Of a stretch of 64,000 nucleotides of DNA, positions 50,322-64,000 are shown one piece after another. Source of the DNA: Tubulanus polymorphus (lineage: Eukaryota; Animalia; Nemertea); NCBI RefSeq assembly GCF_964204645.1, contig NC_134025.1, forward strand, positions 12,028,001 through 12,092,000, written 5' to 3'. Within the stretch, counting starts at the first letter, position 1, and each line of letters starts with the position of its first letter. Below the pieces are notes generated by a model. It searched no databases. It saw only the letters and a program-made list of their open reading frames with translations, and was not told the DNA's origin. A program made the position numbers and the translations under genes.

Positions 50322-53227
50322 TAGTCATTGAAATGCGGAATATGTTAATAAGATGTATATAAATCGAGTAAAGTTATGATCTGGACCCAGTTCCGCAGTT
50401 CTGCGGTTAGATTTGACTCTAAAAGTTGAATTAGTTCATTTCGAATCTTTTAACTCCCAAATCATAATTAATATCTGTAGGACTTGTATGGAAAATACTG
50501 ATCTCCAGCTGTTTTTACACTAGTAGATGGCAGAGAGGGCATATTTAGCATCGTCAGGACTATACGAATGTACGATCGATCTCGGATTAATTCTAATACC
50601 CAAGCCCGATTATTGCTTTACGATCGATCGCGGAATCATTTGTCGTTATTACGAAATAGGCTATTCCAGTATTCAGTATAGATGATCGACTCGAGTATCA
50701 TTGGCTAGTGTTAACACGGGGTTATATCGGTAAATCGTGCATTTATGTATATTTGAATATTTATAGGTTATTTACTTGTATAATATAATCATGTTTTAGT
50801 GATTGAAAAATTGTTTCGAAGAAAATAAATGTCCGCATGAACACTATGAAATACACCAGTAGTATGAATTTGTTCTTCATTTCAAGTCTGTGCGCAGGGA
50901 GTATCTGACATGATACAAGGCATTCTCAATTGTCATCACGCTATCCGCCAGTTTAAGTATCTGCCATAAGCCAAATTGAGGATCCCCAAAGTTTCCTTAT
51001 TTGATAAATGCTCTGCGCCTCTGATTTTAATGTACAGAACCATCCTCACTTGACACTTGCCTCCTGTGGGAATCTTGTTTGGAATCCATGACATGCTCTA
51101 TAATTATGGAGAGATTCAAGGTCATTGGTTTCTGTATGTTTTCACCCGGGGTAGTGGCATTAAATTGCGGAATAGCTGAAAAATCGGCGCATGACATATC
51201 ATCACGCGTACGTCACATTTTCTGTCCATATTTAAAGACAATGAGCCAGGATTTTTGGAAGATGGGGGACCACGGGGTACCAAAGGGCACATAAGCAATC
51301 CCAAAGGGCGCAAAAGTAATCACGAAGGGCATCCCAGTGCGGCGAGTGCCAAAGGCGCGAAGCAATGAAAGAGGGGTCAGGGGGCTCCCCACCCAGAAAA
51401 ATTACTAGTCCCCCTGGATCTGCCCTTGCGATTTGACTCGACGGGATACTTATTTCTCCATTGTTTCTAGAACTCTTTCATAGAATGTTCAAGATACGAC
51501 CACCAATGAGTCAACCATTCTGAAATCTAAGTATTTGCATCAACATTTGGTAGCAACTGTTAATTCTACCCATTGGGTGGATTGGTAATCGATCAGTCAT
51601 ATCCGACGAAAGTATGACACAACTTGACCGTGGCCAATATCTTTTTAATGGTCTTTATAATCACTACAGTTAATCTCTTGTGAAATTACGAAAAACATTT
51701 GAACTAGAACAAAGCTCATTTAAACTAGAACAAAACTGGATTTTTGGGTTTGAATTTCTAATATCATGGATTTTTCGAATTCGGCCATGACAAGATAGAT
51801 CATCATTTTTTAGGTTCAATCGCTACGTACATTACATGTACTATGTATATGTATCGTAAAACTGAACATAGGTGTGAGGATTGACAATTGCAAGAAGCTC
51901 CAATTCTACTTAAAATTAAATTCACGACATCCAAAAATTGGCTTTGTACGTATAAACATTGGAAATGATAGTTTTATTTACACTGGGTGACATTTAGAAA
52001 CAACATATCTCGAGATTATTGGACATTAGAAAATGATCGCACAGTTTAGATATAACATAGATCAATTGCTTGTTCTAATATAAAATATCAAATCAAACAA
52101 TCAAGTGAATAGTTTATGAGAAGCTTTTGACAAGCTAATTGTTGCAATTTATAATATCAAATCAACAATGAAATGAATAGTTAATGAAGATTTCACACAC
52201 GATAGTTTGTTATAAATCAAAAGTTTCGTTGAAAGTATTAGATTAAAATTCTTGTTTTTGTTATTATTTTGAATACGAATAAACAAATATAGTGTATATA
52301 TCCTTCTGGCATTTTTTCCTCAGGTATTTTTACACCCCTGGCATTTTTACTTCCGGCATTATTGCCAATGGCATTTCTACCTCTGGCATTATTACCTTGT
52401 ACCAAATTTTACATATAATCTTTGCACATTATTTAATCTATATTTCATATATCTTTATTGTTTAATAATGTATGTAATCACACTTTGTCCTTGAGACAGT
52501 TTGTCTGTGTCTTTGAGTGTTGATTATTGTTCGTCTCTTGTAGTGTCTCTGCTTGTCACCATTGTTTGTACATCAATTTCCTTGTTTCTACTAGTCTTGT
52601 TTCCAATGTATATTAATAGCTTATGTGTAAAATAGTCTTGTAAGAGTCCAGTTTTGGTATTCCAAGCTGCTCGTCGATTCATTACTCTTTCGCTCTGTTC
52701 GCGATTTTCGACGTCGACCATTCTCCGGGGATAGGATCCATAAAAACTTTGATAAACAGTCAACTTATAAAGCATGGGATGAACATGTATTGTCTATCCT
52801 TCAACACATCTTGGAGCAATCAACACATTAAGCCGTGTCAACCAGATAACAAATTGAACACATGAAAGCATAAATGAACAATTAACAGTTTTTATTATGA
52901 TTTATTTTACTTTTTCTCAAGTCCATTGAAAGTAATTAAAATAACGCATGTGCTATATATGTTTATAGGTAAGTTAAAATGGAATTATCAAATTGCGCCA
53001 ACAACGTTAACAAACTGGCTTAGGGTTAGTGTCGGGTAAAAACCTTTTAAATCCACAACAGAAGCTGAAAACATTTCAACACGTGCATGGATCTTAAAAA
53101 CTATTTTTGGCAAATTTTAAAACCCTGTTTTTCGTACCCGGTTATCAATTTTTAACTGAAGGATGTGTCAGTTTTCTCACGCTCAAGACCTAGACTACTA
53201 TTCAAAAGCTGATAAAGATGACATAAT

Positions 53228-53534
53228 AGCCGCAATCACACGGAGACGATTGGGCCCGGGCCAAATTGGCATGGATCAGGCTCGAGCCAAATTTGGCCGG
53301 TGCCTAATTAGAGAGCGAGTTCACACGCAAACCATTCACTCGATACCATTCACTCGAAGCGAAGTGGATCATTTCCGGTGCCAGTTGCAATTCAAACGCA
53401 ATCATTTGTCTGGAGCTAAAATTTGGCTCGGGCCTGGTGCGACGTTTTTGGGTCGGGTCAAATTTTGCACCCATGTGAACAGTTGTTTCGGGCCAAATTT
53501 GGCCCGGGCCAAAAATGTTCGTGTGATCGCGGCT
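53228..53534. mobile_element. Harbinger-like MITE with 3-bp TSD; related fragments at ~5550-5790 and ~61880-62135
   Basis: AAT|AGCCGCAATCACACG ... CGTGTGATCGCGGCT|AAT, with internal GGCCCGGGCCAAA repeats. Confidence 0.8.
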
Positions 53535-54749
53535 AATGTCAACTGGTGTGACCTATCAGAATTCATACGAAATATGAATGCTCTATCAGGAAAACTTATT
53601 GAGTTGATGACCAAAATGCATAGCTTCAGAATCCAAGATGGGATGACATCATGACCTAGCTTGGTCATATGATACAACATTCCATTTCAAATTCCCATGT
53701 GAAAAATGAAAGCTCTACATGGAATATTATATCAGTTGATAGCCTAAATGTGAATTTTCAGAATCCAAGATGGTTGCCAATTAGCCACCTTGTGTATGAT
53801 TTTATGGTCATACACAATATATCAAAATTTGAAGATAATCTGACAAAAATTGTGGTCTGTAGAGTGTTCGCAAGAAACCCAACTCACGGACGGATGCATG
53901 CGAGACCACCAATAAGACCCAGGGGTACAGCATAAGCTGTTTGAAATGGAGTTTTTAAATTGTGAAAAATGGATCATTTTCTGAGGATCTCGAGTGGTTC
54001 TAGAACAAAATACTGGCCACTGTATGTGTTACTTTCTTAAGCCAGGTTGTGAGAATGTTATCTTGGCTAAAAATAGGGGGCCCCATCTTAGATCCACCCC
54101 TGCTTATGATGAATACATTACCATCCTATGCTGCCATCCCCAAAAGATTTATCAATTGATGGCAAAACTAAGTATTTTGCAAAGGAACATCCACTCCTTG
54201 TAACCTTGGGAATAAAACATCTTGAAAAAAAATTGGTCAGCCGAAAACGGAATCGAAATGTTACTTAATATGGATTGTACATACCGGGTACGAAGACAAA
54301 TTAATTCTTTTCAAATGAGATTTGACGAAAATTTAGAATTTGAAGAATGTACGTATTAGCTGGACAGGATTAATTCCCCCAACATCGCCAGCATACTTTC
54401 AAGAGCATAATGGCTTTACTTACAAGAACAGATATACAAATGTAATAATGTCTATATACAATTTTACACATATTTACAATATAGTACGATGCAATAAACT
54501 ATAGCACACATTGAAGACATAATTGATTAATAATTACATGGATAAAGAAAATACGAATAAGCATAGGGGGAGATTAAAATCGTCCTAGCTATGATGCCAA
54601 GAATCTAACCTGGCAAGAATACACAAACTGGCATCGTCCGTAGAACAACCAGGCTACCTCACCTACTTGGTGAAATGCTTGGCAATCTGATCATTTCAAT
54701 ATTCAACAACCCCTGGTGAAAAAGTACAGTAATCAATGAATTTGCATTA

Positions 54750-54909
54750 CAGTGGAACCTCCTTACAGCAAACTCCATAGGACCAGATAATATGTTTGTT
54801 ATAACCAATAGATCGTTATATCCAGTATGAAATAAATCAAATTTTCTTACTTGGGAAAAAATTCTATATTTGTTGTTGTATTCAAGTTCATTATAACGAG
54901 GTTCTACTG
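54750..54909. mobile_element. pogo/Tigger-like MITE
   Basis: TA|CAGTGGAACCTC ... GAGGTTCTACTG|TA. Confidence 0.75.
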
Positions 54910-57900
54910 TACAACCATAGAGCACATCATGAGCAACACAACCTTGCAATCACTATACCAATAATACAGTATAACTCGCTAAATTGGGATCGGTTTTATT
55001 CGGATTTTAAGGCTTATGCCTTAGGCCTATTTCGGGACTATAATTCCAGTCCCAACAAGGTTATTTCTATTCAAATGAGAGCAGATAATTCTGACAAGAT
55101 TTTCCAGTCCCAGGTGATCGGAATCAAGCGAGTTCTACCGTTTATGGAAATACCATGTTTTCATACGTATCGTATTATAGTGGTGTTGGCTGGGCTGATA
55201 TGGAAAGAATTCCTCCTGATACAAATAAGGCGTCACATTTTCAATTGTTTATAATAAAAGGGACCATAGATATGGCTACGACTTACGAATTACAAAAGGG
55301 AATAACAAAGAAAAAAATTGGGAACTTTCATTTTTATACGAATTACATAGTTATTCGAATTAACCGACAACGAATTAAGCGAGGTTGACTGTATATCGCG
55401 ACAATCCATTCAAGTATCTTCCAAACTTCTCAAAATAGTCTAACTGGATTCCGCCTATGGACGGATAAACGAATGGATGAAAAGTGAACGCAATAGCTCG
55501 CTGGGCTAAAAATGATTTTTCCTGGAACAAGCTTCATAGCCGCCATTGGAAAATAAGTCAAATTAATAAGACGTAAAACATTGATCGAAACATTTTAAAA
55601 TTCCGTTTTAAACACGATTGCTTAAAAATTTGTAAAATAAGATAAACAAGAAATGATAGCTGATGTCAATAGCTGGATTCAAAAACATAGATAGATTTCT
55701 TTCTGAACTCTCCTCAAATTTGTACAGAACTAACTTTTCGCATTTACCGGTAACTCAGTTTTGGGGACAAGACTTCTTACTCATTGCCGGTAATTCATAA
55801 AATGGCTTAAGATTTATGTTCCAATCTTCCAGTCTTTCATATTAATCAGTAGTTGCGGTACATTTTAATATTACCGATCATTTATTACCCGATAGCAATT
55901 TTCATTATTCTAGCTCAAGCATTTAAAATATAAAATGTCTCCTAAAGCTAAGCGCACACTACACAGCGAGAAAAACATGAAACGAGAAATAGATTTGCGC
56001 ATCGTGCGCTTCGCTGTTTAATTCATGCGCACAATGAGACAAAAGATATACCGAAAGAAACCTACAGCACCACTAGCTGATTAAGAATAGTATGGTTCCA
56101 CAAAATGGCGGTAATTTTGATCAGTCATGTTATCTGCTCGTTGTCACTGATTGGTTATGGTGCATTAGGCCTTTTTCTTAATTACTTGGTGTTCGGATCC
56201 ACCTCCCAGAATTCTAGAAAAATCAAATTAAAAAAAAAGAATTTCTTATAGTCCTCCTCCATGTAGTTTCCATCACAATTTTTCGATAAAATCTTTTTCA
56301 TTGTTATGTCTGTCTTTATTTTCAATTTAGTATCTTGTAATCTAGTATCTTTGTTCATTTCAATTTATCTCACATGTACATGGCGAAATAAATATTATAA
56401 TTTTCCCATCTTATGATTTGCAAAAAACTTTTTTAAATTTCTCCATCATATGAATAATCATCACAATTTTCACTCCTTGATAATTTTTTTCTGCAGTCCT
56501 TCCGAGTCTGCGGAAAGTACTCAAATAATAGAAAAATAATTTTTCTTCCTGTTCCCTTCTATTTCAAAACACCTATTACAAAATCTTTTTAATTTGTTTC
56601 CCTTCGCCCTCCCACTTTTTTCTTTTTAAAAATCTGTACTCCAAGCAATTAAGAAGGCCGTGATGTCCTGACATCGTACGCAGCAGTCGCCAAATTGTTT
56701 CTTGTTTTGCAAAATCAACAACATGTTTGTTTCAGGAATTGTCAACTAAATGTAACATATTATGGACCATCAGTAACAGGGATGAAACAAGCGAGAAAAA
56801 CATCTATGTTTCTTGTTTATTTTACATTGTGTGTGCTAAACTTAACACGGTTTACATTCCAATATCAAGCTGTCAACAGAAACTGAAAATCATGATCTTA
56901 ATGATGGATCAACAAGCATAAATGATGTACACATAGTATTTCCAATTATAAAACAAATCTTCTTAGCCTGAAGAAACCTTTTGTTTGATGGTGAATGACT
57001 GAAGATGGCCCATATAGTGTATTACCAGTATATGTGTTTCTATGTTAAGCAAACCCTGATTGATTATATGGTCAGTTCCCAGGAACGTGGACAGCTGAAC
57101 CTCAAGACCCCGGTTTCTAGGACAACTTCATGAAGCTATAGCCTCGTTATATACCTCTGGATATCATAGAAAGACGAATGATGGCTCATCAGAACCAAAA
57201 TAATAATGAAAAAAAACAACTTTTTCATGAAAGTCAGATACAGAAGTGCTTTAGTAAATAATCAATGACATTGTACAGTAATGTCTAGTTGGATTGATAA
57301 GAACTCCCCTATGTCTGGTAGATACTTACTCGAATAACTATGATCTCTGAGACAATTTTTCAGTTGCGCCGGAGATCTGATGAAAATAGGGAAAATTCGA
57401 TATTGCATGAAACACTTTGTTCATGGGCCACATTTTGGCATACAATACTATTGGTATGATATCATAACATACTTAAAGGTCTCATTGCTTACAGCATAGT
57501 TAATCATATTCCAAGTAAGTAGCTTGATTAGCATACAAATAAATAAAAGATCTGTTCTTTATGTAATAATTGGGTTCAACCACACAAATTCATAATTCAC
57601 GATTGTATGGGTAATTTGTGAATTATGACATCAAAACCCCTGAAGGGAAAATCTATCAAATTTCGTTGCGAACCTACAAGATGCGACCAGCCTGATTCTC
57701 ATGACAATATAATAAATACTCAGAGAATAAATCAACCGCAGGTTAGTTCTAGTCACAAAGATTGAATTCACTACATCGAAAAGGAAATATACGTATTAAC
57801 TGTATCGGTGAGGGTTTTTTTCCGTAATAGTCTAAAATAATTGTAGTGAATTAAGGCAAATTCACTATTAATTACACAACATCACAGGTTTTTTGTTCAG

Positions 57901-58000
57901 TTTCAGTTACTTTTCTGTTCATAGCTACCAGTAATCAATGTTCACATTAAGTACAAACAGTATGTACTCCTTTCATGTTGTGAGGTCATCTATCACATTT

Positions 58001-58208
<208 letters not shown>

Positions 58209-58275
58209 CTCACTCCTTGAAAAATATTCATTCGATTTTTGTGGCATGTTGTTGCTATTGAAGTTGAATTGAAGT

Positions 58276-61200
58276 TCAGCCATCTTTTTCCTCTAATTCC
58301 AGGGAATGTGGTTCATTTATAGTGGACGTTACTTCGTGATTTTGGGCATCAGTGGAATGCAACGAATCTGTAGAAAATGAAGAAATTCATGCGTAATAAG
58401 TATTTCAGATACCGGTAGCTTGGAAACCACCGGTGGTTGAGTCAAACCATAGGCATCGAGACATTGAAATGTTTGAAAATAGGGGTCCAGGGAAACCACA
58501 CCCACTTGGAAAGTAGTTTGAAATGCTCAACAAGCATACCTTAAAACTCACCACACTCATAGAGCATGTCACTAGCTACAATTTCCCAATTAATTGTGGT
58601 AACAAAATATGCCTAGGTACCAATATAGTCTGAAAATACTAAGTTATTCAGCTATTCAATGCCCCTGGAGACCGTATACAAAAACCAATGACCTTGAAAC
58701 TCACCACAATCATAGAACATGTCACAAGCTATAATTATATAATTCATTGTGGTTACAAAATAGGGTACCAATACAATATGAAAATACTAAGTTATTATGA
58801 TGACCTTGAAATTCAAACACAATCATACATCATGTATACAACATGCATATTTAGGGTTTTCTGACTTTCGTCGAAAACCCTTTTGAAATTCTGTGGATTA
58901 TTATTATTATATATTTTCCGCCGATTTCGTCAAATAAAATTCATCTTCATTCAGATTCGGCAACTGACAGCTTCGAAACGAAATGTATAAATTGATACTG
59001 TATTAACGGTCTCTCTGAACCAACAGATTGTCTGAATGTACTTTCCATCCTATTTGAAACTTAAAATTACTTATTAGGTTACTGTAAATAAAGAATTGAA
59101 TTGAATTGTTAGACAACAAGCACCGGCGAAATAACAGTTTGTGACATCATTTAGTAAGTAAATAAAGGAGGGCTCCGAGAATTTCCAAATCACGGGGACT
59201 ATACTGGGGTTAGACCATTCAACCAAAAAGAGGATTGCTCCGATAATATCCAAATCATCTCATTTTATTTTTTCCATCGAATACCCGGTAATTAATTTTT
59301 CCTTTCGATCACATGCATCCAGAAAACCCGTCTTGCTGCTTTGCAGCTATATTTACATATTGTATTGTATTCTATGCAAATAAATATATATTGATATTGA
59401 TGTTGTTGTTTTATGCTTCAACTTTGCAATGGATTGTTGTTAGAAAATACACATAGGTACCAATATAAATATCCAAATTGTATTTATAATTCAATATTCA
59501 ACTCCCCCTGGAAGCGAGAACAAAACCTGGGAAACCCCAATTCCACGTAAGGAGATATCATAAATCTTATGACAGTGATAACATTTATCAACTATCAAGA
59601 CTGTAAGTCAAAACCCGTCGATATTTTCCTCAAAAATATTTCTATCGACCGTAGGATTCCCTCTACGGATGGAGGGACGGACAACGGATAAAAGTGAACA
59701 CAATAGCCCGCTGGGACTTAAGTCCCAAGTGGGCTAAAAATACTGCCGACCCTGCCGGAGTCGACCAGAGTTGAGTCTCATGAAAGCTATCAGGTTTGAA
59801 TCATAGCTAAGAGAGGATATATCAAACAGGACTGGAAATATGGTTCACGTGCTATATGTGTGTACAATAATGACTGAAGGGCAATAAAGAAAGTGTCTAC
59901 GGTATTAGAAATCTGTCGAGTGCTATTTCATTTTTTTGGACAATTTGAAATTTACACCGGTGTTTAATACTGCCCGAAGCAAGTTTCAAATAAAATTTGA
60001 AATTATTACCATCTCGAATTCACAGCCAACTAGAAAAATATGCTATATTACCAGATTATCACAATATTCTGTGCTACGTATGCCAATTCCTTGCATGGTG
60101 GTGTGTTAATGAAGTGCTACCGTGACAATTCCCTATAGGCCTATTGCCACTTGCCTTATTTCTAAGAATAATAATTGTATTATCTACAATTCAAAAAGTA
60201 TTTACCTTCATTGATTAAACTGGCAGTTGATTCTAGACTACCCGCGCGTCCTCGTCGCGATGGCGCAATCGACGGCATCGACGCGCCCGAATCATACGTT
60301 TCTACGGTAACCGAAGTCGACGTGCCGTCGCTGACGTTGACGGTATCGATCGAGCCGAATGCCTCACGATTCACCGTACTCGTCGTGATCGTCGAATGAC
60401 GCGATACGGTATCGGCGTCGCGGTGAGCGCCACCCGAACTCGTCGTTTCGCTGCTTGGCTGCCGGCGAATGCCCGACGGAATGCTCGGCAACTGTCGGAA
60501 TTCGTGCGCACGATTCGCCGGTATAAGTCTTTGCAGCGGCGTATGAGCGCGCACGCGCCCGCGAGTCGCCTCCTCGTAAGACGGTAGCGACACCTGTTGT
60601 TGATCGGCGTAAGCGATCAGCGCCAAGCGGTCATGCTCAGCGAGAGGAGCACCGACGGGATATGTCGGGTTATAAGGAGGCGGTGAAGGTATTGGCGTAC
60701 ACAGTCTTGGTTGAGCTTTTTTCCTTTGTACCGCAACAGCTATCATAGTTATGAGTAATACGCCGAGCACGGTACATGACGTTATTATCACAATAGTCAT
60801 TGTGTTTCCTTGTCCTTCATGATCCGACGCGAAATTGGTCATCGGCGTAGTCGCTGAAAATGAATCTAATATCCTAGAGTGTGTTGCGCGACGGAACTTT
60901 TACGGTTTCTGTTTATGAAAGATACGATGATATATATTACGAAAACCTACCTTTCACGCATCTCGGAGCCAGCGCTGACCACTCGCCGTTTTTCAGACAA
61001 TGCAACACAAACGTGCCTTCGAGTTCGTAACCTTGATTACACAAGAACCGCAGTTCAGTTCCCGTATCATAAACTCCATTGTGAAACGTTTCGCAGTGTC
61101 CACCGGGGCAATCGAACCGCCCGAACCGGAACACACCGGGATTGGGACAGCCGGCTACAAATAAAACAATTCAATAGTTAACGCCTATGAACAAACTGAA

Positions 61201-62924
61201 CAAGTATCAAACACAATAAACGATCAATTCAAGAAATCTATCAGAAACATCGAAATATTCAATCAACAGAATTAATTTAATACAGATACCTAGAAATTAC
61301 TCGACGTAAATAATGAAAACAGGAAAAGTAAAAGGTCACTGCAGGGTTTACTTAACCCACTGTAAAAGATAATCCTGTTCTAAAGAACTGGCCAATTTGT
61401 GTCATAATTCTATATCAAACGCTGTATAAGCACTCTGTCCCAGGTATATATGGGGTCACCCATCGATGCCTTTCGATAACAATGACCTACGTACAGCATT
61501 TCGGGGGTATCTTGCCAGAGGAGGCTTTATTTAAATTGTTAAGGTGCTAGGTAAAGACCGGCAGTAGATCTTCAGTTGCTGGCAGTGAGAGCCAGTCTCT
61601 CGTATTTACCTCTCCTAACACATTGCGGTGCGTCCCTGTTCCAAAATCCGGCGTCATTGCACGTTATAATCGAGTATCCGACAAGCGAGTAACCCTCATT
61701 GCAACGGTAACCAATCTTAGTTCCAGCCTCGAATGGCAGCGATGTGCCGTCTATCACGTAATTACCATTGGAGATTTCCAAAGGTTTGTCGCAGTTTACT
61801 TCGTGCACTGAATGAAATGATACGAAAAACGACGGTACAAAATATATGAAAATTAAGCACGTCATTCAGTGAACATAAAAGCGGCATTCACACGAGCATT
61901 TCTGACCCGGAACAACTGTTCACACAGGTGCCAAATGTGTCTAATTGGTGTGGGCCAAATTTTAGCATGGGTCAAATTATTGCGTGTCAACTGCAACTGG
62001 TTCCCGAAGTGACTCACTTTGCTTTGTTTAAGCATCGTTTAGCATATACTAGTGAGTGATTTACGTGTGAACGCACTGCACTCAGGCATGGGCCTAATTT
62101 GACCCGTGCCTACCTGGCCCGAGCCAAACCGTCATCACCATGGCTAAATGCACAATTTCATTAGTGGATAGAACTATTATCATTACAATCAATTTCATCT
62201 AAAATTGGTCATACATTACTGTAGTAAGAATGGATTCAGGAAGAAGATATTCAAGTTCCATTTATAGTACTTCATAAACTTATCTGGTAAATGGTTTGAT
62301 CTGAGTTGGTCAGATTGAGCAGTGTCTACTGTATTAGGAGATTGGCAGAGTTGTTGAAGTGATTATTCAAAATGAAAAATGCTGTCATCGACATCAAAGG
62401 ACCCGTTCATTAAGTATGTACGTATCCATTAACCACTTTTCCCTATGTAAATAATGCTTGATATAATGATGTAGGCCCTATATAATACTTCTCCCTATTG
62501 TGTCAATGAAAATCTGCTTAAATTTGTAGAAAACAGGCCTTTCCATTCTGATAATTCGTTATATCAATATACTGGCAATATGATCCCCGTAAGGCACATT
62601 GGATGGCCTGATGGGACTTACATCCCGAATGGGCTAAAAAGGACACACTATGAAATTTATGATTTTGTCCGATTCACACACAAATTTTCCTTGAAAAAAA
62701 TCAAGACTGATTGCATATACATACTATGCTTATGTAATAAATTTCGATAGACTTACCACAAACAGGCCGTTTACCAACCCACATCCCCTGATTACACACG
62801 AGTATATTGGCTCTAACATCGGCTAACTTGTATCCAGGCATACATAAGTAGGCAGCGTTGGATCCGTACAGCTTATAATCGGAGTAGGAAATCCTCGGAG
62901 GGTTACCACATGGTATATCAAGCA
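58276..62924 (-). CDS. Sushi (CCP) domain type I membrane protein, SUSD4/SUSD6-like, 5'-partial
   Basis: Phase-1 exons 62924-62757, 61807-61610 and 61154-60951 each encode one CCP module (CxxP...YxCxxGY...C...W...PxC). Exon 60853-60206 encodes the TM helix ([22 protein letters not shown]) and a tail with PPPY and LPSYEEA motifs. Probable last coding exon 58367-58276 (TGA). Signal peptide/start not in the window. Confidence 0.8.
58538..58835. repeat. Degenerate ~150-bp tandem repeat
   Basis: ACCTTGAAACTCACCACAATCATAGA-like unit at ~58538, ~58691 and ~58803; GAAAATACTAAGTTATT occurs twice. Confidence 0.65.
59660..59740 (-). mobile_element. Helentron/HINE (DINE-1-like) terminus; further copies at ~55460-55512, 62604-62640, 63700-63767, 63815-63860
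   Basis: On the minus strand: a T-tract, then the hairpin TAGCCC-TGGGACT-TA-AGTCCCA-GGGCTA, then TTGTGTTCAC and a CCGT-like microsatellite. This is the architecture described for Helentron-associated interspersed elements; the family assignment is inference. Confidence 0.6.
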
Positions 62925-64000
62925 CTGCAACCATAAGAAGACATGATAGATTGAGTCAGATTTCGCAGTAAGGTTCAAAAGCTCATTGAAAAGCCTACTG
63001 TCTGTCACACATGCTCTCAGTGCGACATTTCTATCCGTAATTTCGTTAATAATCAGTTGATCTGTATGTATTATCCATTCGTTTATTCAGTAATAAGTTG
63101 CCATTCAGAAATTAATCATCTATGACTGGGCATAAACTTTTTGTTTTCTTCATCTCTCAGCAATTGTTTACCTAGAATTCGGTCATGTAATGCTGAAGAA
63201 TGGCTTCCACGGCAATTAATGTGGCACCACCTACTGTATTTTTAATGCAAATGAATAGGTGATGATATCTTCGCAACGTATCCAAGTGTCTGATCACCGA
63301 TAAATGAAAACAAAAACAACCACAGGAAAAATCATAGTTCATAGTTTGAATGCAAAATCCTTTCTGAACAAACTGATGCATGATAAATGCAGATGAACTG
63401 GTCATCAACAAAATTAAGGATCGAAACGTTTTACAAAGAGTGTGTGACAAATATTAGTTTAGGACACCTTCAGATTTACATCAAAACCAAAATCTAACTG
63501 AGGGTCTAAAGCAAATGCATCATCGATACCAAGATCAATAAGATCAAGATAATTGATTGAAGCGTCTTGAAAGTTTCCATGACCTGACCTGGCCAGTTTT
63601 TGGGCTGAAGATGTGTCTGGGGTAGATATACTTATAAACCAGTCCAGACATTACACTGAAGCATCTTCAAAACTTCCAAAAATAACTGGATTCCACATAC
63701 AGACGGATGATGGATGACAAGTGAACACAATAGCCCACTGTGACTTAAGTCCCAAGTGGGCTAAAAAGCTACAATTCCATAGAAGGAGATTTGTGGATGA
63801 AAAGTGAACATAAAAGCGAACATAATAGCCCGCTGGACTGACTAAGTCACAAGTGGGTTTATAACGTCTGAATATCATTTCAATTAAGCCTTTGCCTACA
63901 GATCATCGGTACCAAGTTTCATCTTGCTCTGTCAATAACTGTAGGGCAAGTAATGATTACAAATAAAGTCGATCCCCCTAGACCATCAACTCTGCAGACC

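Noticed and set aside
53163-53654. 163-aa ORF
   Set aside because: Runs through the 53228-53534 MITE; no transposase motifs.
55990-56160. Promoter-like cluster (GCGCATCGTGCGC, CAAAATGGCGG, ATTGG)
   Set aside because: No downstream exon structure or ORF that I can support; it lies in the probable 3' UTR of the sushi gene.

Overview
Intron-rich, AT-rich animal genomic DNA; a marine invertebrate, probably lophotrochozoan, is inferred from the repeat families. Four host genes can be reconstructed exon by exon. (1) The 3' 13 exons of GALNT2 (+, 4412-19087). (2) A complete pecanex-like 4 gene, PCNX4 (-, 26488-36411, with a probable non-coding first exon near 38265-38310). (3) A complete MED17 (+, 38800-50321), head-to-head with PCNX4 across a ~0.5 kb shared promoter. 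(4) The 3' part of a SUSD4/SUSD6-like sushi-domain membrane protein (-, 58276-62924). The most notable feature is an intact, TSD-flanked, single-ORF non-LTR retrotransposon (39028-42793, -) inserted antisense in MED17 intron 1. Its ORF begins with a hydrophobic leader ending in a 2A-like ribosome-skipping motif (DIQPNPG|P), followed by a PHD finger, APE endonuclease and reverse transcriptase. Introns and intergenic DNA hold many non-autonomous DNA transposons (Harbinger-, piggyBac-, Mutator-, pogo/Tigger- and Helentron-like) and over-represented TA-NNNN-TA palindromes that look like excision footprints. All coordinates were read by eye and no database search was run.
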